DNA of 64,000 nt from contig NC_043017.1 of NCBI RefSeq assembly GCF_006345805.1, positions 7,688,001-7,752,000 of the forward strand, in the 5' to 3' direction. The position numbers and the translations under genes were made by a program. The DNA is from Octopus sinensis. Lineage: Eukaryota. The notes under the pieces are model-generated. The model saw nothing but the letters and a program-made list of their open reading frames with translations, had not been told where the DNA came from and made no database searches. Of this stretch, positions 26,601 to 39,700 are shown in pieces (position 1 is the first letter of the stretch; every line of letters starts with the position of its first letter).

Positions 26601-29600
26601 TGTTATCATTTTCTTTTACCAGGGCCAGTACAGGATTCCAGGAGGAAACATCATACCAAACTTTTCAGCGATCAACCCTGGTCTTCGTTCTGCCTCAGCT
26701 GCAAGTGGCACAGCTGGGAGTCACAGTACCAGTGGTGGTAGCCACACTAGTAGCAGTGGCCTCAGCAGTAATGTAACACAATCAACTGCAGTACCAGCTA
26801 CCTCAACAACATCATCCTCTAGAACTTTCACATCTGCCAGCACTAACCCAGTACCTCTCATCACACTACCATCTACAGTATTTTCTACTAGTTCTTCTCA
26901 GGTAATTAATTTAGCTCATTAGTTGCTAGGAAAATACTTCTGCTCATCCACCCATCTAGTCATCTTCTCCACACACTATTTCTTGACTATTGTTGGGGTA
27001 GAGTCCTAAGTCATCTCCTTCACTGGGTCCAATCAGAAGCAACCATCATTAAATTTTCTGGCTGGATTCTCAAGTGTAACCGACTAAGACTATGGATATT
27101 ATCCAACCACCTGTTCTTGGCCTGCTTGTGGATTCCTTGTTGGTAGGCTTGGCTTGCAGAATCCATCTTGCAGTTCTTTCCCCAGGCATTCTAATCCCAT
27201 GTCCATAGGATCAGAGGCGTGACCTCTCATTGGGGAGAAGTAGCAGCTTGACTTGTGGAGGAGACTCCTTAATATCCAAGCTGTATACCTTGTCGAGCAA
27301 CACTACCTCAGATACCCTCTGTGAAGATGTGTGGCCTTGTGGTAAGGATATTCAACTTATAAATTTGTGGGGTCAATTTCATATAGCCCCTGGTCTACTC
27401 AGCTGTAATGTGTACCAGCTGGGTGCCAGTGCAACCCTCTCTCCCTTTAGCTGTCACATCTTGGATGATTTGCTGGGTTGAAGGTGGGAGGACTCGGAGA
27501 GTGTTTGTCTGCTCCTCACTACATAAGCACTTGAATCAGTTAATGAGAGCATGGTGCATGTTACCAAGCTACACTGACCAGTGAGTGATGGCCAATTGTG
27601 CCGTATTTTTTATTATATGAAGAAAATCAAAAAATATATAAATAAAAGCTTTGACATGGAAAAATAAATTATTTTTATGGTTTTTCTGTGCCTATGTAGT
27701 CAGGGACAGACAGACAGGCATTCTTTCAGCCCTCCCACCGTTGAGTGTGGGTCAGATGGAATCTATTGAGACAGGTCTTTCTACGTTTCCAACTAATATT
27801 TCCTTATGGTTGGACATGTTTCCATTAAATATTGGAAATGAATGATTGTGACACTCATTTACAGCCATCACATGATGTCAAGACACAGAGACACACAGAC
27901 ACTGGGCTTCTTTCAGTTTCTCTCTGCTAAATCCACTCTCAAAGCTTTGGTTGGCTTGGGACTATGGCAGAAAACACTTGCCCAAGGTACCACGCTGTGG
28001 GACTGAATCTAAAACCACATGTTTGTGAAACAGACATTTTAACCACACAGCTATGCCTGCACCTCACCTGCTTGTCGTGGTATCTAGTTACATCTTTTTA
28101 CATTCTGAGTTCAAATCCTGCCATGGTTGACTTAACCATTTATCCCAAGGCTGTCAATAAAATACCACTCAAGTACTGGGCTCAGTCAAACCAATTGTAG
28201 CCTCTCCACTACCAACGTTTCTGGCTCTCTGTTAGGAATTCTTTTAGATTTCTCTTATTTTTATTGTTATTTGTAGAATAATAATATTTTGCTTTTTCTG
28301 TTTCCCAGAATCTGTTAACTGCTTATTTACTGTTTTTCTTTTTCCTTACCTGCAGACAACAACTGCCCAGACTAGCAGCAATCCTCTCTCTCTTGGACAA
28401 TCATTTTCTACTTCAAGTTCTAGTCCCTACCTGTTTGTAGAAGTTGGTCCTGATTCTCTGACTGTCAACAGTATATCTGCTCATGTGGTCAGTTCAGATA
28501 TGACTTCAACATCAACCTCTAACACATCATCAATGCGTAAGGATGAAATTAAAAATTTTTTACACATTTCACTTGTGTGTGTGTGTGTGTGTGTGTTGAG
28601 CTTGTAAAAGAAAAGGAGTGACAGTGACTTCAGAGTTTCAGCCTGCTAGCCTTTGTCAGTCTTATAATTCTTCAGTTTAATGTTATATATATATAGTTAA
28701 TTGCCATGCACCCGGCACGTAAAATGCATCATTTGAGCGTGGCTGGTGCTAGTGCCGCCTGACTGGCTCCTGTCCTAGTGGCATGTAAAAGCACCCACTA
28801 CACTCTCAGAGTGGTTGGCGTTAGGAAGGGCATCCTGCTGTAGAAACCTTGCCAAATCAGATTGGATCCTGGTGCAGTCTCCCAGCTGGCCAATTCTCAG
28901 TCAAACTGTCCAACCTTTGTCAGCATGGAAAATGGATGTTAAACTATGACAATGATGATATATATATATTATTGTGTGTGTCTTTGTCTTGACATCATAT
29001 GAAGACATGTCAGACCATGGGCAAATATCACTGATGATTAAATGTAATAATGTAAATTATTTACATGTTTTTAAGTTACGAAACAATTTGTTGTGAAATT
29101 AGAATTTTCTTACTGTTAAATAAAGTTTCATCAATTTATTTCTCTATCATTTCTGACTTCATATGTGTATATAAACCTCTCAACTAGCACAAAGCTAGTC
29201 CCTTCAGTTCCACACTCTCTCAGCTGAGAGGTCTTCATCTTGCAAGTTACTTAGCAAACTTACTGCTGCTGGTGCCATTTCAAAAAAGTACCCTGTACAC
29301 TCTGTAAAGTGGTTGGCATTAGGAAGGGCATGCAGCTGTAGAGACCATGCCAAAACAGATGAATGGAGCCTGGTGCAACTCTTTGGTTTGCTGAACTCCT
29401 GTCAAACTGTCTGGCTCAAACCAGCATGGAAGATGGACGTTAAATGGTGATGATGATCATGGCGATTTACACTCTTTTGCTTATAACTTTATCTACTTTG
29501 AGTTCTGCTGTTAAAAAACAAACAATGGTGGCACGTGAAAAGCACCCACTACACTCTCAGAGTGGTTGGCGTTAGGAAGGGCATCCAGCTGTAGAAACTC

Positions 29601-32069
29601 TGCCAGATCAAGACTGGAGCCTGGTGCAGCCATCTGGTTGCCAGCCCTCAGTCAAAACCGTCCAACCCATGCTAGCATGGAAAACGGACGTTAAATGATG
29701 ATGATGATGTTTTAAAATTTAAAAAAGAAATGATTACTTTTTTTTTTACTTGTTTTTAATTCATTTTATTTTTATTTTAATAATACTAATTGTCATTTTA
29801 ACTTTTTTCGTTTTTTCCAGAGAGAACTTTCCAGGTTAACATTGGACCCAACCTTTCAACATCTACTACAACTGCTAGTTCCATGTCTAATAATACTACT
29901 ACTACTGCTGGTAGCAGTAGTAGTACTAATACCAGCAGTAGCAACTGTCCACCTGGTGGCAACACTGTTACTAGCAGCATCAATCTTAGTGGAACACCTG
30001 GAATAGTTAGCACTGGTGGTACAACATCCACAACCTCCACCTCTTCCTCCTCTTCTAGTAGTAGCAGCAGCAGCAGCAGTAGTAGTAGTAGCAGCAACAT
30101 TGGTGCTGGTGTTGGTCGGCCCACTGTGGTCTTACCTGGAAGCGTACCCAACATTCAAGGCCTCCTAGGTGGACAGCATCCTGCCCGTACCATCGATCCG
30201 TACCTTCCCTGCGTATCCAGACATTTCCTCTCCTCTCAGGCTCAGAATGATGCAACTACTGCTAACGTTGTCGCTGCAGCTGCAGCAAACGTTGCTGCTG
30301 CAGCATCTCAACAGTCATCGAACCAGGTGAGAAATGATCCTCTGTCCTTCAGCTTTAATCTTTTGTTTCACAGTTTTAGTTATTGATATTACATCTTGTA
30401 GTCTTCCTTCTATGATCATTCTGTTTTGTGTCCTTCATTCTTTGCTCATTACATCTTGTGTCCTTTCTTCCTTTGATCATTGTCTTGTGTCCATCCTTCC
30501 TTCCTTCCTTCCTTCATCATTACATCTTGTCTCCTTCCTTCTTTGATCATTACATTTTGTATCCTTCCTTTGATCATTACATCTTGTATCCTTCCTTCTT
30601 TGATCATTACATTTTGTATCCTTCCTTCTTTGATCCTTACATCTTGCATCCTTTCTTCCTTTGATCATTACGTCTTGTAGCCTTTCTTCCTTTTGTGATC
30701 TTGATATCTTGTAAGTCTTCTTTTCTTCCTTTGATCATTGCATCTTGTATCCTTCCTTCTTTGATCATTACATCTGGTCTCCTTCCTTCTTTGATCATTA
30801 CATTTTGTATCCTTCTTTTGATCATTGCATCTTGTATCCTTCCTTCTTTGATCATTACATCTTGTCTCCTTCCTTCTTTGATCATTACATTTTGTATCCT
30901 TCTTTTGATCATTGCATCTTGTATCCTTCCTTCTTTGATCATTACATCTTGTCTCCTTCCTTCTTTGACCATTACATTTTGTATCCTTCTTTTGATCCTT
31001 ACATCTTGTATCCTTTCTTCCTTAGATCATTACATCTTGTATCCTTTCTTCCTTAGATCATTACATCTTGTATCCTTTCTTCCTTTGATCATTACATCTT
31101 GTAGCCTTTCTTCCTTTGATCATTACATCTTGTATCCTTTCTTCTTTTGATCCTTCTTGTATCCTTCCTTCTTTTGATCCTTACATCTTGTATCCTTTCT
31201 TCCTTAGATCATTACATCTTGTATCCTTTCTTCCTTTGATCATTACATCTTGTAGCCTTTCTTCCTTTGATCATTATGTCTTGTGTTCTTCCTTTTGTGA
31301 TCTTGATATCTTGTAAGTCTTCCTTTCTTTCTTTGACCATTACATCTTGCAGTTTCTTTTTCTTCTACGATCATCATGCCTTGTGTTCTTCCTTTGTTCT
31401 CCTTCCTGCTTGTCTGACATGGTTACTTATTGATTTATCTCCTCTCCCAGGGAACCGACACAGCTCTTGGTGATGTGGTGGCTGCTGTTATGGCTGGTCT
31501 ACTTGGAACAAATGACTCTTCAAGTGCTAACAACACTAACACATCAAGTGAGAGTAAGAGCTATCTTTATTGCATTGTAATAGTAATAATAATAATGTAA
31601 AGTTTATTTAATCAGGAACGGACGGCAGATGCCTATTTTTAGGGTCTCCAAGACTAGTTGCAGAAAGTTATCCCTAAACCGAGGACCTGCTTTGAATTCT
31701 TTTAACTGAGAGAACTCTGTTAAAAGTACCCAGGAACAAACAATCAGAACGCAAAGAGGGCAGGTATCTTCTGCTAAAGTTCTGGGCCAATCAAAAGATT
31801 AGTGGATTTGGTAGAAAGAAGCTGGAAGAAGCCTATCATGCATGTATGTAGTTGTGTGTGTGTGTACATATATATACTCTTTTACTTGTTTCAGTCATTT
31901 GACTGCGGCCATGCTGGAGCACCGCCTTTAGTCGAGCAAATCGACCCCGGGACTTATTCTTTGTAAGCCCAGTACTTATTCTATCGGTCTCTTTTGCCGA
32001 ACCGCTAAGTGACGGGGACGTAAACACACCAGCATCGGTTGTCAAGCAATGCTAGGGGGACAAACACAG

Positions 32070-32134
<65 letters not shown>

Positions 32135-33658
32135 TACGACAGGCTTCTTTCAGTTTCCGTCTACCAAATCCACTGACATGGAATTGGTCGGCCCGGGGCT
32201 ATAGCAGAAGACACTTGCCCAAGATGTCACGCAGTGGGACTGAACCCGGAACCATGTGGTTGGTTAGCAAGCTACTTACCACACAGCCACTCCTGCGCCT
32301 ATATATATATATAAATATGGAAAAGTGAATGTTAAATGATGATGATGATGAACTCAAAAACAGATACAGCAAGATATCTTTTCATATTTCACTCCAGTAT
32401 TATTTCTGCAGTTTCACAGCCTTGGACTTGGCACTTTATTTTTAACAATTCTGTCAGTCTGCTCCCTAAATTGTGACCCAATGGCAGCATTTTAGGTTAC
32501 ATCTTTGTATGTTCTGATTGTGAATCCCACTGAAACCAACTTTACTTAACTGGAGCTGAATTTTATATAAAAGCAATATATCGGCTTGATATAAGCAATT
32601 ATATCTCACTTGCAAAATTGTGGCCTTAATAATTATTGTACTTTAGTTGCTGTTTCATTGGATTTAAATAAATGGTCATTTAAAAAGAATTGTATAGAAT
32701 TCACTACAAAGCATTTCTGTTTTCTGAAAGAATAATTTGTTTTAATTTTGACGTAAACTGTATTTTTACCTTTTATTTAGAATTAAACTTTTTAACCGTT
32801 TGTAGGGTCACAAGTATGAACTGTGTTAGCAAACCTTTCTTGATACTAAACTCTGTATCCCTTTATTGATGTGTCCTTACTCCCTTCTCTGTTGTAGATA
32901 CACAAACACAAGGTGGAAATGCTGCTAACCAGCGTACTGTCGCAGCACCAGTATCAATTTCCCAAATCTCCCAGGCCATTGGAGGTATGGCAAGTCCAGT
33001 GTTTGCCATGGTCTCTCGTAACCTGGCTCGCTCCCAACCAACCAGTACTACAACCACTACCACCATCAGTAGCACTGAAGCTCCTTTGGAACCAACAACT
33101 TTTGTACAGGCTCTAAGGAACTTCTTTCAAGGATCAGCTGTAAGTTTATTTTTCGGGTTTCTCAGAATGTCTTTCAAAAAGTTGCTGTGATGTTAAGATG
33201 CTGGATTATTGAATGAACACAGGATTATAAGATTAAAACTTGAGTCATTGTGATGAGCCTTTGGATAATATCTAAAGACACAACATTGGTTTTCTTTAAT
33301 CTCTTACTTGTTGCAGTCATTAGACTCTGGCCATGCTGGGACTCCGCCCTGAAGAATTTTTAGCCAAACAAATTGGTCCCAACACCTTTTTTAAGCCTGA
33401 TACTTATGCTATTGGCTTCTTTTGCTGATCTGCTAAGCAGTGTAGTGGGGGACAAACAGACACAAAGACACACATAAATATGTGTGTGTGTGTGTATATA
33501 TCATCATTGTCATTTAATGTCAGCTTTCCATGATGGCGTGGATTGGATGGTTTGATGGGACTGGCAAGCCAGAAGGCTGTACCAGGCTTCCAATCTGATC
33601 TGGCATGGTTTCTACAGGTGGATGCCCTTCCTAATGCCAACCACTTTGAGAGTGTATA

Positions 33659-33706
<48 letters not shown>

Positions 33707-36700
33707 CATCCCACAGGACACCCCAAGACTGTTTCCACTCATTTTCCCCATTCATCTTGATCTTCCATAATGGCCCTCAGCTCCTGTACCCCTTCCATAC
33801 CAGTATCCTCCAGCAAGTTGCCAATATAGGTCGTCTTCCTCCTTCCTCTCCTGGTTCTTCCTTCTGTTGGTTGACAGAGCACTAAGCTTGTTAGCAGTTT
33901 CATCAGTATGTCCGATTCAAATGTCCAGCTAGCCTCATCTTTCTATGCTGTATCTTCAATGTTACTTTTGGTAGTCCCTGGTATAAGTCATGTTTGTTGT
34001 ATGACTCTTCCAGGAGACATTGAGTGCCATTCTAAGCATCCTTGTATAACAACCATCCAACTGCTTCTTCAATTTAACTTTTGTTTCATGGCTAAATCCT
34101 TCATTTTATGAATATAAAGACCATATGTTTATGAATGAAATCCGTATTTGTTTTGATTACTGTAGCATTTTGTTTTTCTTTTAAGTGAAGAACAAAAATA
34201 CTTTTATAATTTCCACGAGATCTAAGCTTAACTAAAAACATAAGTTAGATAAGCACTAAACTGAGATGAAGTATGAAGCTACTTGATGGAATTGTAACTT
34301 TTGTATCAGTTGTGTGTTGGACAATAAGATTGTTGATTACATTACAGAGTACCTATCACTCCATCTTTTCAAATTAGGCATTGTATGCCAAACAGATCTT
34401 GTTGGTGCTGGTGCTATGTAAAAAGTCCATTCCACAGGATGGTTGGTGTTAAGAAGGGTATTCAGCCACGGAAACTATGTCACAATAGTGGAGATTGGTG
34501 CAATCCTTTGACTTACCAGCAAGGAAGATGGCTATTAAATGTCAAAGATACAATTTAAAATATTTTCGCAAATTATGAAAGTGTACCACTGGTAGGACAT
34601 ATGGCAGTTTGTGTGAAGTTTGCGCTGAACTACCAGTGGTACACGTGGCCGTTAATGTATAAGATATATAAACAAGGTTTCAGTTACAAATAACTGCTCA
34701 GATGTTTGGGGTTTTTTTTAAGATTTGTAATTTGGAAATTCATAGAAGAATCTGAAGAAAGCAGCTGTATTGTAACTATTGTTAATTTAAGATTTCTTTT
34801 GAAAGATTTATATTTTACGTTTCACCTGCAGAGAAGTACTGCATCTGGTGGCTTACAGACTTCAACAGTAAACAACAGCGGCAACGCTGCTAGTGCAACT
34901 AACACTACAACAACTACAAGTACAAGAAGTACTGCAACTGCCAGTACCAGTTCTAATAATGCTACTTCAACCCCGAGCCAGTCCAGTTCAACATCATCTG
35001 GGACGACAAGCCAGGCTACAAGTGGCACTCAAGTGATACCAGATGAAGCTATCATTCAGTTAATCCAGGGCATTATCAATAACTTGATGCAAGCTGCAAC
35101 CGGCCAGCAAAATGTGGGCACAATTTGGGATTTCTTTAGTACCATTGGCGAAGAAATGGATATAGAGCACTTTGAAGGTGAGTCATTTATTTGTATTTTA
35201 TTCAAAAATGGTGTGAAGCACAGTCTAATTAACCTGAGACTGTGTAATGTTAACACTTATAAGTAAGTTACAAGTGACCGGGTTTATCAATATATATTTC
35301 TACTTCAAAAGTAAAATATATTTATTATCTATTTCCAAATAGGAAACATAAAAATAGTGTTACACAAACGGTAACAAAATGCGGCTATAAAACTGGAAAT
35401 ATATTATACCTCCAACTTTGGGAGCGTTTAAAAACTATCTTTAAAAATATCCACTCTCTCAGACTGATCATTTTTTCCATTCAAACTAATAATAGTGCCA
35501 TAAAGGTTTCTGAATAAAGGTCTCCAGGAGAACATAATGGTGATTTCATTTCACATACAAATTTCCAGATTTTGTAAGTTGTGTACATAATTAAATTTTA
35601 ATTATGGACACAGCTAATGAAATTTAGTAGTTTTATGTCAAAACATTCCAAAAGTGAACTTTAAAAAATTTTTTTGTTTGAAATTGCCAACTCCTTTAAA
35701 AATGTATACATCTGTGTGCATGTGTGTGTGCATACACATATGTACATGAAATCTCACATCTGTTTTTTTTTTCTCTTTTTTTTTTTTTTATTGTTAGGAC
35801 TCACCAACGACATCTTTCAATGTATATCACGTCACTTGACTATTTCTGATCTTATGACCGTTTTGCTGGGTAACTCTGAGCCTCTCAATAGATTGCGAAC
35901 ACCTCTTAAAGAACTCTTTCTTCATCAAATTCTTAATGATGCTGAACCTACAGAAGCCAATATTCAGAATGCTGTATTACAATTATTAACTGAAATGAGA
36001 GCAGAAATTAAAGCTATAGTTGTAAGTTGTTTTTGTACATTTTCTATTTTCTTTCATTATTGCTGACTAAATGTTTTTATCCCAAAATTTAAGATTTTCT
36101 TTTGTATCAAATTCTATTTAAAAACACAAAAAAGCTATATACTTAATGAAAAAGAGAAAGAATTCAATTTAGCTAGTCTTTCTAAGACTGCCTTTATTTT
36201 AATTATAACTACAATTTCTTGAATAAAATGAAAGTAAAAAATTTTGTTTATAATGGGATTAATCTTTTAGTATTAAAACTGGCCACATCCAGCTCAAATA
36301 TTCTCCCTATTCTATGTTCAAACTGACCAAATCAGGCCTCTTACACCTACCCTACAATGTCATTCTAAAAGTAAACTATCACATCATTGGAATATCAAAG
36401 ATGCAACTTAGTGTATGATAAAATCAAAATGGTCTGAATAAATAAGCCTTACATTTGACAGCAGAATCTGAATGCTAAAAGGTTAATGTTCCTGCTCATT
36501 GAATTTGCCTTAAAATTTGCAATTTCATCTTTCCCAGTAAATATACATCACAATGATACTGAGAAACACTTTAGATTTTTTATCCTTGTATTTTTGGCAT
36601 AGATTAAGTTTATTAAGAGTAGTTTAATTAAATGATAGGTCATTGAAATTGTAAGAATTTAGTCGAATTTTTGGGAATATATTCTCTGTGTGTCCTCAGA

Positions 36701-39700
36701 TAAAATTATGAGCAGAGCTTTTTGAAATTTGCCACTTGAATTCAAGTTCAGAGATAGATTTTAAATATTTGGAGCTATGAAAGACACATGAGCATATTTA
36801 ATGCACCCCAACTTGGGTAGTGTTTAGTTGGGGGGGAAACGTTTTTAGTACATTAAGGCCCACCTCTGCATGTGGCTCCTGAGACTTTTTGAAAAAGAAA
36901 AAAATGTCTTGTATCACATCAGTAACAGTTGTTTAATTCTGTTATTTATGTTTAATATTGTCAAAATGTTAACTTTAATATCCTCTAATTTTCTGTGTAT
37001 CCTAGAGTATATCTGAAGTTCAACCTAACATTGATGCTGAGACTACACTGGACAACTTCCTCAAACACCAATATACTAAAATAATAAAACTGACTATAGA
37101 ATCTGAAGGTGAGTGTCTTTTTTATAAAGTTTTTTTTTTGATTTTATGAAACTGACTAGAATGAATTGATAGAGCTCGCCAGCCTCGTCTGGCACCTGTG
37201 TCGGTGGCACATAAGAAAAACACCGAAAACACCATATCCGAGCGTGGCCGTCTGCCAGCCTCGTCTGGCACCTGTGTCAGTGGCACATAAAAAACACCAT
37301 CCGAGCGTGGCCGTCTGCTAGCCTCGTCTGGCACCTGTGTCGGTGGCACATAAAAAGCACCATCTGAGTGTGGCCGTCTGCCAGCCTCGTCTGGCACCTG
37401 TGTCGGTGGCACATAAAAATCACCCACTACACTCTTGGAGTGGTTGGCGTTAGGAAGGGCATCCAGCTGTAGAAACACTGCCAGATCTGACTGGCCTGGT
37501 GTAGCCTTCGGGCTTGCCAGACCCCAGTTGAACCGTCCAACCCATGCTAGCATGGAAAGCGGATGTTAAACGATGATGATGATGATGATTTTGTGTGATA
37601 ATTATGAATATGAGACATTTTGGCACAGCTGTTTTGGCCTCACCAATTCAATGCTGATATATTAGACATTTCAATGTCTAATATATCAGAGAGAGAGAGA
37701 TGATGATGATGAGGCTGTATCAGGGCTGCACTCAAGTTACAGAAAAATGAATATAAGTGGTACAAAAAAATTAGACAGGGTGAGTGGGTAGATTAATAGG
37801 TAGGAGTGTGAAAGGAGAGTGGCAGATGGATAGAGATGGGGATAGAGGGCAATGCAGTGAGGAGTGATGTCGAGGGAAGTAATTAATATATGTATGGATT
37901 GGATTGGATTGCCTGTGTTCAGTTCACTGCTGGAGGAAGGCCAGCATGTTCTCTCCCCACCAGAGAATGGCTTGAGATCTTACTGGTCTGATGAGCCTAC
38001 TCTGCCACCCTGGCTCAACATGGCTTGGCAGCGGGATGCAGTGTTTTATACTCATACCCAGGAGTAGTTAAGTCAACTACATGTAATAACAAGAAAAATT
38101 ATACATTTTAACCCTTCAGCATTCAGATTTTGCTGTCAAATGCAATGCTTATTTATTCACAGTTTTGACTCAATCACACATTATTTCATAGCTTCAAAAT
38201 TTTGATGAGGTGCCTGTTTATTCTTAGAATGACGTTGTAGGGTAAGATGTGAGAGGCCAGATCTAGCCAGTTTAAAACACAAAACCGGTAGATATTTGGG
38301 CCAGATATAACTTGTTGACGTCTCTTCCTTTCTTTCCATTTCTCCTCTCTCTCTCTGTCACTCCTTTGTATTCCCCCTTTTACGGTACGTCGCCATTCTC
38401 CACGGTAGCCGGCAACTGCCTCCCAACCGCTAATATTGATGTGAGCACAATAAAGCTGCACAAACTGGGGAGCAATAAAATTCAGGCACAGCTGATCACT
38501 GATGGAAGGAAAAGGGAAGTGATTGACTTTTGTAGAATATAGTGAAAAACAACGATGAAATCGAACCAATAACTGAATTAGAGGAATCGGATGCTGGATG
38601 CAAGAGAAAAGACTGCACTAGTATGGACAACCTTTACTTCCGGTGAACCTATATAAATAATCACCTCGTGTGCTTCTCTTTCATTCACCCTTTCTTGACC
38701 ACACAGCGAAGATCATAGCAAGCAAGCTAAGAATTCTCATTTCATTTCTTCCGACTCTTGTACTACACACATACATTTGCCGCTAACCCTTAAATGTTCG
38801 AATCTATCACTAATTCTGCTTGTTCTTAAAATATAACCCTTTATTGTTGTTAACCCCTCGGTACCAAGTTAATTTGTTCGTTACTCTGTTCATTTCTTCA
38901 ACCCCGATTGTTTTAAGTCTACTGTCCCCAATCAAAATCTTCGCAGCCCGCCATTCGTTCGCGGTTCGCCCGCCCTCCCACCCCCACCACCCATACCGGA
39001 GAACACTCTGTTTACACCATCCTCACACCGGATATCCCCTCTACCACCACCACCACTACGTGTGTCTGTTCCTCCTACCCCTCCTCCTCAATATACTTTC
39101 TCACTATGTATTTTACCCCTGCCTCTCTCCCCCGGACAGAAGCAGCTAGCGCTGCAGCTCATCAAACGTCCCACTTAACCTGTTATCTTATGTTCCTCCT
39201 GTTTTGAAATGTGTCACTGCCTCAACCGGCTATCTCCTTCCAGCCCCCTCCCCCACTCGTGATATCCTACGTTTTACTTCCTACTTTTCATTCTGTCTAG
39301 AACCTGCCACCAACCCTACCTGTCATCGTTTCTCTTTACCCCAAACCTTCCCCACTGGTGCTCCCCTATATTACATGCACCCCCCACTCTCTCTCCTTCT
39401 CTCCTCTCTGCCGGAACCCTCCCCCCTGCCGCAATGCAACGAAAAAAAGGCAATAACCGATCGTGGCCGATGCCAGACCCCTCTGGCACCTGTGCAGGTG
39501 GCACGTAAAAAGCACCCACTACACTCGCGGAGTGGTTGGCGTTAGGAAGGGCATCCAGCTGTAGAAACACTGCCAGATCAGACTGGAGCCTGGGGCAGTC
39601 CCTGCTCCCCAGACCCCGGTCAAACCGTCCAACCCGTGCTAGCGCGGAAAACGGACGTTTAAACGATGATGATGATGATAACTGGTTTAAATGCTAAAGG

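Noticed and set aside
29798-30154. Poly-Leu/Glu minus-strand ORF (similarly 34822-35028 and 44118-44504)
   Set aside because: Antisense shadows of S/T-rich BAG6 exons
30383-31352. CRISPR-like periodicity of about 30 bp
   Set aside because: Contiguous units with no unique spacers, no cas genes, eukaryotic intron
38790-38810. GTTCGAATC B-box-like motif
   Set aside because: No A-box or cloverleaf around it; no tRNA gene supported
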